From Schmidtea polychroa (Eukaryota), in contig CM097885.1 of NCBI GenBank assembly GCA_044892525.1, forward strand, positions 43,030,001-43,094,000: DNA of 64,000 nucleotides, in the 5' to 3' direction. The first letter of the stretch is position 1, and every line of letters begins with the position of its first letter. A program made the position numbers and the translations under genes. A model generated the notes under the pieces. It was not told where the DNA came from. It searched no databases and saw only the letters and a program-made list of their open reading frames with translations. This document shows positions 1 through 13,100 of this stretch, piece after piece.

Positions 1-182
1 TAACTATGAGTCTTACAAATGGTGTCAGAAACTCCGAAGTTGACCATGTCTTGGTCAAAATTCCGGCCATTTTTCGAAATCAGAGTCTATGGTTTAAGCA
101 AGTAGAGGCCAGCTTCAAGATATCCAGGATTACAGAAGAGACCACAAAGTATTTTTATTTAATTTAAAATCTCCCAACAACG

Positions 183-914
183 TTGCTAACAAAGTACGAA
201 CACTTACTGGACTCAGAAACCGAACTTCCATACACTACTCTGAAGGAAGCAATCCTAGCTGGTTTTGAACTATCAAGGACAATATCACTAACTGACCTGA
301 TGAGAGACGGCTGCCTGGGAGATCGATCACCATCAGAAGCGCTTCAGCACATTACAGGACAAATACAAAGAATAGACACATCCATGGACCCATTCAACAG
401 TCCTATATCTCGGGAATTATTCATGCGACTACTACCAAGATCTGTTCAAGACATCCTATTATCGATGCCATCGACGGACCTTCGAAAATTAGCGATCACA
501 GCAGACAGAATAATGATATCAAAGCGTCAATCAGTGAAGGCAATTGAACACGAAGGTTGCAACAATCAAGAAGTAGGAGACAAGACGAGAACAATCATGG
601 AACTGCAGGAAGAGATAAATGCAATACGACAACAATTAAACAATAAAAACACCGGTAAGTTATGTTTTTATCATAGTAAATTTGGGCATAGGGCGATGAA
701 ATGTCAACCACCATGTGAATGGAATGCAAATCAGAACGACAACTATCAATCGGGGAAGTACAACAGAGAGAAATATCAAAATTTCGAACCGTCAAACATA
801 TCCTCAAGGAACAACAACAACAATTTCAACAAAAACAGCAACTTCAACAAAAACGGTAACTTCAACAGCAACAACCACAGAGAGAACCAGGGAAACGAGA
901 GAAGGTTTCATTGA
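183..914 (+). CDS. gag: Gypsy Gag (N-terminal part upstream of 183 interrupted by a stop)
   Basis: Zinc knuckle CFYHSKFGHRAMKCQPPC (Cx2Hx9Cx3C, typical of the CsRn1 lineage). Upstream in-frame WFKQVEASF is Gag-like. Confidence 0.85.
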   Translation: MLTKYEHLLDSETELPYTTLKEAILAGFELSRTISLTDLMRDGCLGDRSPSEALQHITGQIQRIDTSMDPFNSPISRELFMRLLPRSVQDILLSMPSTDLRKLAITADRIMISKRQSVKAIEHEGCNNQEVGDKTRTIMELQEEINAIRQQLNNKNTGKLCFYHSKFGHRAMKCQPPCEWNANQNDNYQSGKYNREKYQNFEPSNISSRNNNNNFNKNSNFNKNGNFNSNNHRENQGNERRFH

Positions 915-3871
915 ACCCGAACAGTGAAACCTACAAAATCATATCCTCTTTCTCGGGACAAAACAACTCACAAATATTCGAAATACCAGCAATCATAAAT
1001 GGAGAACAAATTGACTTTCTCATAGATACAGGCGCTGATCTCAGCATCCTTCCCGCAAACCGTTTCAAGCCTGATAGAAATGGAGAACATCGATCTTTAG
1101 TATCCGCCAACAATTCATCAATCACATACCACGGGCAGAAAACGATTGAATTTACTATTGAAGGATTCAGAACTAAATTTATATGGTCTTTTGCTATAGC
1201 CGGCATATCTCGTCCAATTTTAGGTGCAGACTTCCTGGCCCATCACAAAATCGATGTTAGTTGTCATTCCAGATCAATATGTTGCCCTAGCAGTAACGAA
1301 AGAACAGAAGCGCGGAGAAGCCAATGTACCAAGATCTGTGCTACAATCAACAAAGGAACCACAGTAACCACGAAACTACAAATTATCACCAATGGTTCCC
1401 CTGTAGCTCAAAGACAAAGACCACTTTTTGGAGAAAAATTAGTTGCAACAAAGAAAGAGTTTGACAGACTCTTAAATGAAGGTGTGATTCGGCCAAGCAA
1501 GAGTGACTGGGCATCTCCATTAGTAGTGGTGAAGAAGCCGGATGGGTCATGGCGGCCTTGTGGAGACTACAGAATGTTAAATGAAATAACCCAGCCTGAC
1601 AGATATCCACTTCCGAGAATTCAAGATTTACTGAACAAGATAAACAACCCTCATGTATTCACTAAATTAGATTTGGAAAAGGCATATCATCAAATTCCGA
1701 TTTGTGACGGAGACATTTCAAAGACAGCAGTCATAACACCTTTTGGATTGTTCGAATATACGAAGATGCCTTTTGGACTTCGAAACGCATCTCAAACGTT
1801 TCAGAGACACATAGACAACGTACTCCGAGAACATCAGGAGCATTCCTTATCCTATATTGATGATGTTCTGATATTCTCCAAGACTGAAGCAGAGCATAAA
1901 GAACACGTGGCAAGGGTGATGGCCAGTCTTCAAGCCGCTGGTCTCACAATCAACCAGAGCAAATGCGAATTCCAAACCGAAAAGGTAAACTTTTTGGGTT
2001 TTGAATTGACAAAACAAGGAATAAAACCCTCTGAAGAACGCACGTTGGCAATTAGCAATTTAAAGAAGCCAACTAACAGTCAAGACTTACGACGTTTTAT
2101 TGGTGGCATCGGCTATTATCACTGGCTAATTCCAAGGCTGTCAGATACACTGAGTCCACTGCATGACTTGTTACAAGAGTCGGTCAATAAAAAGGAAGAT
2201 CTCTTATGGCAAGACTGCCATACACACGCTTTCATGAGTGCCAAAAATTCGGTACGTGAAATCAGCAACGTTTCATATCCTAACCCGTCCAAGCCATTCC
2301 TATTATGCACTGACGCATCTTCTAAAGCAATTGGAGCAAGTTTAAGTCAAATCAACGAAGAAAATAAATCATTTCCAATTGCTTTCTTTTCGAGGAAATT
2401 AAATCTAACCGAACAGAAGTATTCTACCTTTGACAGGGAGTTACTGGCAATATTCTTATCTATAAAACATTTTAAGCATTTCTTAGACGGTTCTCATTTC
2501 ACAGTCATGACGGACCACAAACCTTTACTACGAGCTAGACATATGAAAGATCCATCGCCAAGGCAATGGCGAATAATCGAATACCTTGATCAATTTGATT
2601 TCACCATCGAATTCATCAAAGGGGAAGATAATGTAGTCGCCGATCTCTTGTCCAGACCATGCAGTAATCAAAACCTACAAGTATCAACGGTGGAAATTAA
2701 TTTCGTCGAATTCACGAAAGAAAGGTTAAAAGAAGAACAAAGGAAAGATCAGACCTTATCTACACTGAAAAATGCAAGTCTCCAGTTATGTAGTACTACG
2801 GATGACATTCTCATTGACAATTCTACGGGGGAAACCAGAGTAGTACTGCCAAAAATATTCCGACATCAAGAATTTCTAAGAATTCATAACATATCGCATC
2901 CAGCATCCAAACCAACGATAGAACTGATCAAGGCGAGATATGTGTGGCTTCAGATGAAAAGCGACATCAGAGAGTGGTGTAGACAATGTCAAAGATGTCA
3001 AAGTGCAAAAATAACAAGACACACACATGCTCCTTTAGGTACTATAGAAACCAAAGGAAGGTTCATTACAGTCCATCTAGATATAGTGGGTCCTCTTCCG
3101 AGCGTCGATAACAAGAGATATATCATGACAATGATATATCGAGGAACGTCATGGGTTGAAGCAATTCCTATATATGATGTCACAGCAGATATGATCATAA
3201 GAACATTTGAAAGAGAGTGGATCAGTCGCTTTGGTGTTCCAGAAATTGTCATAACAGATCAAGGAACACAATTTGAATCAGAAAAATTCTCCAATTTCTG
3301 CAAGGTAATGGGAATCGAAAGGAGGCGAACAACAGCCTATCACCCTCAATCCAATGGGAAGATAGAAAGATGGCACAGAGCCATGAAAAACTCAATAAGA
3401 GCCGCATCAGAAGACTCCTCCAAGATGTGGGCTCATGATCTCCCCAAGATTCTACTCAGTCTAAGAAACTGCACGAAGTCTAATGGGTCTCCATCAGCAG
3501 CCCAACTCACATTCGGTTGTCGAGCCAGATTACCCGGAGATTTTGTCATTAGTGAACCAACATTAACCGATATCGAAGAGAAGTTGACATCGATTCAAGA
3601 GGAAATCGACTCACAACTAAGTAACAAACAAACAAGCCAACCAAAAGAACATAGTTTTGTAAGCAAACTATTAGTTCACTGCAAAAGAGTGTGGCTTCGA
3701 TCTGAATTTAGGAAATCGTTAGAAGATCCGTACACGGGACCATACGACGTCATAGAAAGATCCGATGACAATAAAACGGTAAAAATCAAAATCGGAGACC
3801 AAGTAAAGAATGTTAGCATCGACCGTCTCAAGCCATGGATTGGAACGGACGAATTGGCTCCGCAATCTTAA
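911..3871 (+). CDS. pol: Gypsy Pol polyprotein (protease, RT, RNase H, integrase), probably reached by a -1 frameshift
   Basis: FLIDTGADLS protease, PFGLRNA/YIDD RT, TDASSKAIGA RNase H, HLDIVGP/TDQG/NGKIERWH integrase. Slippery heptamer G GGA AAC at 890-896 in the gag frame. Confidence 0.95.
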   Translation: MNPNSETYKIISSFSGQNNSQIFEIPAIINGEQIDFLIDTGADLSILPANRFKPDRNGEHRSLVSANNSSITYHGQKTIEFTIEGFRTKFIWSFAIAGISRPILGADFLAHHKIDVSCHSRSICCPSSNERTEARRSQCTKICATINKGTTVTTKLQIITNGSPVAQRQRPLFGEKLVATKKEFDRLLNEGVIRPSKSDWASPLVVVKKPDGSWRPCGDYRMLNEITQPDRYPLPRIQDLLNKINNPHVFTKLDLEKAYHQIPICDGDISKTAVITPFGLFEYTKMPFGLRNASQTFQRHIDNVLREHQEHSLSYIDDVLIFSKTEAEHKEHVARVMASLQAAGLTINQSKCEFQTEKVNFLGFELTKQGIKPSEERTLAISNLKKPTNSQDLRRFIGGIGYYHWLIPRLSDTLSPLHDLLQESVNKKEDLLWQDCHTHAFMSAKNSVREISNVSYPNPSKPFLLCTDASSKAIGASLSQINEENKSFPIAFFSRKLNLTEQKYSTFDRELLAIFLSIKHFKHFLDGSHFTVMTDHKPLLRARHMKDPSPRQWRIIEYLDQFDFTIEFIKGEDNVVADLLSRPCSNQNLQVSTVEINFVEFTKERLKEEQRKDQTLSTLKNASLQLCSTTDDILIDNSTGETRVVLPKIFRHQEFLRIHNISHPASKPTIELIKARYVWLQMKSDIREWCRQCQRCQSAKITRHTHAPLGTIETKGRFITVHLDIVGPLPSVDNKRYIMTMIYRGTSWVEAIPIYDVTADMIIRTFEREWISRFGVPEIVITDQGTQFESEKFSNFCKVMGIERRRTTAYHPQSNGKIERWHRAMKNSIRAASEDSSKMWAHDLPKILLSLRNCTKSNGSPSAAQLTFGCRARLPGDFVISEPTLTDIEEKLTSIQEEIDSQLSNKQTSQPKEHSFVSKLLVHCKRVWLRSEFRKSLEDPYTGPYDVIERSDDNKTVKIKIGDQVKNVSIDRLKPWIGTDELAPQS

Positions 3872-3879
3872 GGGGGAGT

Positions 3880-4018
3880 TGTGTTGGGACATTAATTAAT
3901 TATTCAACACAATAATTTTAAAACAATATTTAAAAACAATTTAATTTGTTTAAATATTGTGTTTGTTATAAAAATTAATTTTTTGAACACCTAAACACGT
4001 GTAACTATGAGTCTTACA
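3880..4018 (+). repeat. 3' LTR of the Gypsy element
   Basis: Starts TG after the PPT, ends CA, and its end is identical to bases 1-17. Confidence 0.9.
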
Positions 4019-4138
4019 GGGATCAAGACTTTTCATGTATTAATCATTAAATCTTAAATTTGATTATATTTATTTGAAATAAAACAATAAAGAAATTTAA
4101 ACATTTATTATAATTTGCCATAAACTTTATTACAAATA

Positions 4139-6055
4139 CAGTACAATCCGCTTAATAGCACATCGTTTTATATCACAATACGCTTATTATCACGCCAAGA
4201 TGTAGAACAAAAACCGTAGATAATACACTCATTATATTTTAAATGCTTAATAGCACATTGCTAATATTCAACATCGCTTAATATCACCTTTTTTGTATTA
4301 AAAACTATGGCTTCATTATATTAATACCATGATATTGTTATATAATACCTATATATATACGCTGTTGATTTTAAGATCAATGAACTGATTAAAAAATATT
4401 TATTATCAATTTTAACTACCCCTTAATAATGACAGAAAACAGAAGACGCAACGACATCTCAATAAAGACAAAATTGGAGATAATTGCTGAATGTGATAAA
4501 GTTCCAAAACAGATATTTTCTATGATTGCTGAAAAATTCAAGATAGATCGATCGACGGTAAGCAAAACATACAAAGCAAAATCGCGTCTACTCCAAACTA
4601 TAGGATCTTCTCCTTCAAATAGGAAAAGGCAGAGACATAGTGCTGCGGAACAAGTGGACCATGCACTTTATAGCTGGTTTGTCTCTGCACTTTCGACGAA
4701 TATTCCAATCAGCGGCGAAGTATTACGAATAAAGGCTGAAAAATTTGCATTGGAATTTTCAATCGATGACTTTAAAGCTACTGATGGCTTTATCGACCGA
4801 TGGAAGAAGAGATATGGAATAATATATAAAAAGTCACATGGAGAAAAACTTGATGCAAATGAAGTGAATGCGACGCAGTAGATAAGCACCGTACTTCCGG
4901 GTGTTCTAAACCGATATAGTTTATCGAATATATTTAATGCGGATGAAACTGGCCTGTACTACCGAGCCCTACCAAGAGGATCACATACATTTAAAAGTTC
5001 TCAATTAGAAGGAGGGAAAATATCAAAGGAGCGATTAACTATATTGGTCTGCGCGAGTATGATGGAAGAGAAATCACCGCTTGTTATGATTGGGAAATCT
5101 AAAAATCCTCGGTGTTTTAAGGGCGTTAAAGAATTGCCAATAGAATACCATAACAATCGTAATGCTTGGATGACTGCGGTTATATTTGAAAAATGGCTCG
5201 TAAAATGGAATAGGGATTTGATGTCGAAGCATAGGCGGATCGCGTTAATACTCGATAATTGCGGGGCGCACCCGAACATTAATCTGGAAAATATAGAGTT
5301 GATTTTTCTCCATCCCAATGTGACTCCACTGATACAACCACTTGATCAAGGCGTTATTCGAAATCTTAAACAATTTTATCGTTGTATGGTTGTTATTAAG
5401 CTTCTTACTATGATTGAATCCACGGAAAACGAACTATCTGCCGTTGAATTATCTAGGAAACTAGATCTTTTGTCATCCATACGATTAATCAAAGAAGCTT
5501 GGGAATTAGTCACTCCAAATACCATTATAAATTGCTTCAGTAAAGCAAGATTTGGCACAGAATTGGATAGTAATTTACATGAAACAGAAATAAATGTTAA
5601 TCTGGACAATGGTGATGATTTTGATTTTGATCAAGAAATTGAGTGCATTAAACCGATCAATGAAAACGAAATAACATCAAATATTATCGAAAATATAAGG
5701 TATAATGATATCAATGATGCTTCTGATGAAAATAATAATGTGGAAGTCTCAAGTACCCATGAAAATATTACCTCCAAACAAGCGCTCGATTCTTTGAATG
5801 TACTGCAAAACTTCCTCGTTGTGAACAATGAAAATGATTTTTCCGTTTTTAACAGTATGGAACGACAAGTACAGTTAATAATTTTGCGAAATAGGAAAAA
5901 ATTGAAACAGCGTACCCTGGATGAATGGTTTGATAATAAATAATCGTATTCGTATTTTTTTTCGTATTTTCGTATTTTTTTCGCTTAATAGCACATTCGG
6001 TTTATATCACATTTATATATCGGCCGGACCCCGTGATATTAAGCGGATTCGACTG
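4139..6055 (+). mobile_element. Tigger/pogo DNA transposon
   Basis: TIRs CAGTACAATCCGCTTAATAGCAC and GTGATATTAAGCGGATTCGACTG, flanked by TA on both sides, with subterminal CGCTTAATA repeats. Confidence 0.93.
4429..5943 (+). pseudogene. Tigger-type transposase with one premature stop (TAG 4879-4881)
   Basis: ORFs 4429-4881 and 5044-5943 share a frame. HTH/CENP-B-like N-terminus, then IFNADETGL, LILDN and IQPLDQGVI DDD motifs. Confidence 0.9.
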
Positions 6056-6057
6056 TA

Positions 6058-6570
6058 TTCAAAAATAATAATCCGGAGGAAATATTTTTAAATATCCGAA
6101 TTTTTTCATTTGAATTCTTTTTTGGTCATTGTCACCATTGTCATTAGAGTATTCCATCCACCATTGGCTTCTAGAAATGGAGCAATTTTCGTGTCAATAA
6201 TCTAAATAATAATATTACTAATAAATTTAAAACTAAAATAATATACCTCAACAGACCATTGAAAATAATTGTCATAGTATGAGCCTAAGTTCATGATAAT
6301 ATTTTTCATGTATACACGAACCTGATTATTATTCGAGTCCATTTATTTTGATCATCAAACAATAGATCAAATATTGATTTGAATGATTTTCTCTTTTTCT
6401 TTTTTTTCCAATGTCTCCAAATTTAAAATTAATTGATATTCTAGGGGTGTGGCTTCTATTAGCTTCTCTGTGTAATTTACCGAGTATTGGAGGTTATTGG
6501 GGATTTTATTGTTCTGGTTATGACTGACCAACTAGTTTAATAAATTAATATAAAATTTTGCTTGCGACAT
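6058..6570 (-). pseudogene. Bcl-2-family pseudogene related to the Polinton gene at 45914
   Basis: Manual translation gives MSQAKFYINLLN*...TEKLIE...FDDQNKWTRII...YMKNII...YFQWSVE, a short GT-AG intron, then IIDTKIAPFLEANGGWNTL. Contains stops and frameshifts. Confidence 0.8.
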
Positions 6571-6759
6571 TTTTATGAAAACGTTTTGAAATGTTGGATT
6601 ATTTATAATACATTTAACCAATCAAAATCGGAATAAATACAGTTGCTTGATTGATAAAGACATGTGCAATGTAAATGCATAATTAATAATCACATGGTAA
6701 ATACAATTTGTTGAATAAGAATATACCCGTGTGGTTATATAATTTTCACAGTCCGTAAA

Positions 6760-7139
6760 AGCCTTGAACGTTACCCTTGCTATACCATTGCAATACATAA
6801 TTCATCACAATAAACCTTGAGAAACACCCTTCAAGGTGAGTCATTGATCGCCGAAATGCAGTGTCAAGAACTCTCAATCAACTTTGAGTTGGCGGGCACC
6901 TACTTTTAAAGTCGATTTGACATGCATAATTTTTATACAGATTTTCGATTCTTAAAGGTTGTTGGACTTTCCCTTACTTTTTGAATTGACCTATATAAAA
7001 ATTTCTAGAAAGAAACTTAGAAATCATAAAAAATTATAAAATTTGAGTTGACCTAAAAATAAATACTAAGAATTATAGAAAGAAAATCCTCAGTCGGACG
7101 GTGGGGGTATGTGTGTTAGCGAGTTCCTAACCATCTACT
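6760..7139. mobile_element. Degraded Polinton terminal region ending in ...CATCTACT
   Basis: Shares GTGGGGGTATGT and terminal CTACT with the right end of the full element. Lies about 570 bp outside the Bcl-2 pseudogene start. A diverged copy of the segment is at about 10720-11190. Confidence 0.55.
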
Positions 7140-10100
7140 CTAATGGTTGAGGAAGAAGATCAAATTTTATAATAACGATAAAATTTAATGGGAATTAAAC
7201 GAGGCAGCATAGTAAAATATTGAAATCTGAAAGGTTTTATAAACCATTAAGTTGGCTTTGGGACAGGTGACACTAGTAGTCAGATATTACAAAAATGTTG
7301 ATTCAGCCGCCCCTAAGATTAAAGATATTATTAAATTTATATTATTTATTTTATTTTAGATACAATATCTTTTATGGAAGATGATTATGACGTGTTTCGG
7401 TGAAACATATATCATATTTTTGTCATGCGGCAATTTTAAATTTACTGTTATTTTTGTGTACTTGTTTATTTGCAATAAATAAGGAATTGCTGAATATTTT
7501 TATTTGTTTTCATATTATTTGAAACTTGATAATTAGTCTGTAAAAGGAATTTCTATTGTTAAAAATTATTACAAAATTCAAAATTAATTGTAAAATTTAA
7601 TACTATCTTTCTTTAATTTCTAAATTATTAATTAATTAGTGCTGTCAATGACAAAGAGTATTAGTTTATCACCTTTCCATTATAAAATCTGTTAAAGTAA
7701 AATTATTAAAAGTAATAAATTCAATTTTATTATATTTATTATATCAATTTTAATGTTTATTGTTTTAGTGTTAATTTCTAATTTAATAGGTTTAATTTTA
7801 TTTATTTAAAATGACGATGAAAGAAAAAAACTGGAAGTGAAAAGTTTTCCAGAAAATAATGTTCACAAACAAATTAAGAATTAAAACGCTAGAATATTCT
7901 ATGAAAATGTGAAATCCAACATGGTTCGGACATCAACAACTAAAACCAAAAAAAATATTTAGAACGTTAAATAATTAAAAATAGTATGAAAATAACTTAA
8001 AAATTAAAAGAAATAGAAATTATATAATAAAACTATTAAAAATAGCATAGAATATTCTAGAAAATGGTCCTATCTATCATGGTGGCGAATGTAATTAAAA
8101 TAAAATAAAACAAAATTAGAAAATATTGATAAAAAATTAGAATTTAGATTAAATAGAATTAAAATAATTCAAATTTGTTTTGCTGTACCAGTGCACACAC
8201 ACATACTCGAACACAAAAATCAGGCTATATAACCAGGCGTATTTCAATCGCGATTTAATACTGAACTTTTTGGTAGACCAAGGTTTTCAAATTTTGCAAG
8301 TAGAATTAAGGATTGTTGTATTGATTTTATGTTATTATAATTTAGCATTGATTAATGGAATTTACCGTCGCTATTGATTTTTGTTTTTATATCTTTTGAA
8401 ACGAGATCACTTCCAAAGGCTAAAATTAAAATATTTTTCGGCCCACAGCCACCAACATCATCGGAAAGGTAGTAAGTTAATTGACATAATGACTAAGAAT
8501 TATAAGCAGTTTATCTGCACAGTTCACACTTTTACTCTTTGTGTTCACTGTTGACGTTAGCTAGTGAAGGGAGGAATGCACGAAATTCCATTATAAATTC
8601 ACGTGTTAGAATTTCAGGCGAGTAAAGAAAACTTCATTGTAAATGCTGAAAGATCACGTTTTTCTTTGTAAATTTATGATAACTGCAACCAAACATATTT
8701 GTCATTAAATTTAAAGTAGTGAGAATTATGGAATGGCTAAAATAACTCCTAAATAACTATTACTAATGGCATCGATCATCGTACATCCTATAACCCAAAA
8801 ATCCCCTCTTAATCAACACAAAATAAAAATTAGTGAATTAGCGTTAAACAGTTTAAGAAATATAACCATCAAACTGATCAATTCTAATAAATAACGCCAT
8901 TTAGAAGCTCTATCAGAATTTACTTCCTCAACCACATAATACTGACTAGCAAAATCAACTTATTTGCCATTAAAATAAAAATGACAACAAGATAAGTTTT
9001 ATTTAATTCATTACATAAGTAATCAGGAACGAATGACAATCACCACACACTTCAAATCATTTATATCAAATACATTTTTGGGAACTACCATACAAATACC
9101 TCGATAAAACGAATTTTTCTGACTGAGCAAACACTTGGACGACAATGAACGCGAGGATAGTTTGACGATGGCTCGATGAAAGAAGTCAAGATGCCGACCA
9201 TATTCAATATGGCTTCGGATGGGCTAATTTTGACGGCGATCGTCCAACCATTTGCGAATAAACTAAATTCTGACATTGGTCAAGTTGATCTATTTTCGTC
9301 AAAATAGTTCCAATAAATGGAATCCATTAAGCGGCTGCGAGCGTGTTACAAATAAGTAATGAAAATTTATCACATTATATATCAAACACCGCTGAGATAC
9401 GTTTCCTATAATATAAGAAAAAATTCAATAATCTTACATTATAGAAACATACATACTTTGATTTCACGCTGATGTTCTCATTTATAGTACAATGAGATAC
9501 ATTTTACGCTATGGAAATCTAAAAGTGATAGAAAAATGAAATACTGCACACATGCACAACACATACTAAAAAACACATACAAACTTTCGATTTATAGAAA
9601 TGCACTGCTGAGATACGCTTCTATAATAAAATTATTTTAGGCAATTTTTAGAAAAACAACATCGCTGAAAATTTTTTAAGATATATTTTTAATGAAAATA
9701 TCAAGAGCAAATGAATTTGGTTCAATGTCTTTTCAATCCAGATTTGATTTCCTGAAAGAATCCCTTCATATTGAGCTCAGAAAAAAAAATTACAAAAATT
9801 TAAAAACTTATTTTATTCTTATTCGGCGATTTTTCCCAAAATGTTTTAGAAAAATAAATATTTTTGGTGATTGATTTATTTAATTTTAATTAAAAATATA
9901 TCTGACTCACATTATATCGAAATAATTCCAAAATACTTAAAAATAAATGTCATAAAATTCCCAAAAACCCTGAAAATTAATTGAAATAAATTAATTTTAA
10001 AAATTACTTATATGTAAACTTATCACATGTATACTCAACTTGATTGACTAATTGATTAAATTATTCAGAAAATTCAGATTAGATTTATTTACAAATTATA

Positions 10101-13100
10101 AAAGTCAACCAATTACCTTAGAAATATCTAAATAATTATCATTAAATTCTAATGGCGATTGATATAAGCCCTCCTAGTGATTACATTAAATGATCGAATA
10201 AACCAGTAAATTCATTTAAATGACAATATAAACCATTTTACCATTCTACCATTTGTTATATTCAAGCAAATGATTGATTCGCCACTGAAATAATTTAAAA
10301 TTGATTGAAACTCATTTAAGTTCAATAAAACTGGTTATAATTAAAAATAATTAAATCTTTATTCTAAAGGAAAATCACTCTCCTCGGAATTAACTTTTAA
10401 CCGACTAGATTTCTTTTAAAGATTGAATTTATTCATCCGATAAAATATCTATATTCCTTCAAATAACCAAATTTTACTAAATTACCTAAGATTTTGCTAA
10501 ACATTATTATAAATGATCGTGTATTTACTGATTAATATACATTTACTGATTAATATGCATTTTTAACCTTTGAAAGTTTTGACACAACATGGTCAAAACT
10601 TCAAAGGTCTAAGTAGCACCATATTGTAGAACACATACACCTCTATCTACACACCAACAATTTGGTAATCTTTCGACATGAATTTAATTTTAAAAATATT
10701 ATTTTTGGATTTTGACCATCCAATAAAACCTTCAAAATGACCCTTGCTATACTCTTGATTACCACAATGAACGTTTGGATACTCTGAGTAAAACCCTTCG
10801 AAATTAGCCATTGATCACAGAAATACAGTGTCAGGAACTCTCAATAATCAACTTTGATCCAGCGTGTATTTGATCTACTTATTTATTAAAACCATATATG
10901 GCATATAGAACATATATTTGATTTACTTATTTTTTATTTAATCTACGTGATCCTGCACTGGCCTGTTTTTAAAGTCGATTGGATCTCCATAAAATTCAGA
11001 AAAATTATGTGAAAAAATAATAAAAATGATGAAAAATTACTGATTTTGATTTGATATACATAAAACTTTGAAAAAATTTGAAAAAATTTGAAAAAATATG
11101 AAAAATATTGAAGAATGAAAAAATTGTTTTGACCTACTTAAATTTTTGGTGACCTACATAAAAATATTAGGAATTATAGGAAAAATGCTAACCTCGGGGA
11201 GTAGCCAATCCATATTTCGTTAACTTATTCTGAAGACTGAGATTTTATTATCCTAGAATCAAATAATCGAAATAAATCTTTCAGTGTTGTTTTTATTATA
11301 TTCATTTACCTGACTTACTTTTAGTGTAGATTATTCATCGGAATATGTTTAAGTTTCTTTTGTTATTAAGCAATGCCGCAAACAATTTTAATAAAAATCC
11401 AATTTTTTTATCCAAGTATTTTTAGTTCTGTGCACGGCTGACTTCAGCAAACTGGCAATTTTTTTTGCAAAATAATGGTTTATTATAATGTATTAAAATT
11501 CAAGTGCAAAAATATATAAGTTGTAAAATCAAAATGTTGGTTCAAAATTGATAAAAGAATTTAAAAGTCTAAAAACTTCTACTTTTCAGCGGGAATGACA
11601 GGGTTGTAAATATAACCGACATCCAACAAATCCTAAAAAAATCGTCGACAATTTAATTCAACTTATTTTGTGGGACAGGTTAACTAATAAAAGTTATTTA
11701 TTATAAATTTTCCGTACGATCGGGGGGGGGGGGTTGCGGGTGTTTAATGTACGTATACATTTGTGACCTATACCCTTAGACGCTGTACCGCTAAGGGGAC
11801 AAAACATCCTGTCGGATAGTCTACTACTATATAAGGTAAGACTTTTGTATCCCCGCAACTATATATTTTTTCGTAAATTTTTCAACGGAATCTAAGTAAA
11901 AAGGTAACGGATTACTTCTCTGCAAAGTTTCAATTTTAAATTCCATCGGGAACACATAGGAAAAACTATTTTTTTAGGATTTAATATTGTCGGCTATTTT
12001 TTTGTACTACATTTTCAACATTGGCGACGATTTTTTTGGCTTCCATATTCGACTATTCTAACCTTCACCTTTAAGACGTCGTGATTGTGAAAATAAAAAT
12101 TTAATTAATTATTGAAAATTTTGTTTTCGACATCAAAAATTCCATTTCGTGAAAACATTCAATTAATTAATCAGTGGCGTATTAATAAAAATTTATGTTT
12201 ATTGATTCAGAGATATTACCGAAAATTGGGAAATCGCTGATATGTTGCAATTCCATATAAAAGCAGAGAAAAAATTGGTGAAATTTGATATTTATGGTCA
12301 ACCGGATTAGTATGTTAGTAGCGAGTTTTGAAATATAAAGATTGTTTAAAGGAAAAATTACCAATAGTAAATATAGCGAAATAGTTGTAATTGTATAGAG
12401 ATCAATTGTAAAATGTTAGTTTACTGTAATTGTTGTAAAAATATTACTTATTATTCGTTGGATAGTTTTGTTGGGTTTTATGATACCAAAAATCACCCGT
12501 TGGTTACTCTGACTCCACGTGTTTCAAAAATTAATAATCCCAACGTATATTTGTTTCATAGAAAATTTACAATTCTCGATAAATAACTAAACTTTTAGTC
12601 ACCCACAATTTTCTCTCAATTTCCGATCGAAATCTGCCCTGGTAGGTCTTTTTTTATTTGATTCCTCTTTCTGATCCAAACTCTTTTAGTTCTCCTTTTC
12701 TCACTCTTCAATTCCTCTTATAATTATTTTTCTTCTTTTATTTTATTCCTCGAACTCCTATTGTCCGTTTCTTCTTCCCTACCTAAGGCTACTGCCTATT
12801 ATATGAATTTGGAGTTTCATTATATACTCCCATAATCGTTGTAATTGCCCCATTTTTGACATAATTGGTTTTCACTTCTTTACTTATCATTCCCTAATTA
12901 GTTATTTCTGTTGATCCTCTTCATAATTCCCCTTCTTTTGTTTACCATCGTTTATCCGGCTGTTTGGATAATTGCCCTCTGAATTCCTCGTTTGTTTATC
13001 CTTCCAAATTACCGTGCTCGGGTTTTCTTCATCGCTCGCGTTCTTCATTGGCTCGGGCTTCCCATTAACTCGGGTTTCCCATTAGCCAATTAATTAATAT

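Larger units (their letters stand above)
1..4018 (+). mobile_element. Ty3/Gypsy LTR retrotransposon (CsRn1-like); 5' LTR cut by the window edge
   Basis: Bases 1-17 (TAACTATGAGTCTTACA) match the end of the 3' LTR at 3880-4018 (TG...CA, 139 bp). PBS TGGTGTCAGAA at 20-30, polypurine tract AAGGGGGAG just before 3880, gag and pol ORFs between. Confidence 0.95.
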
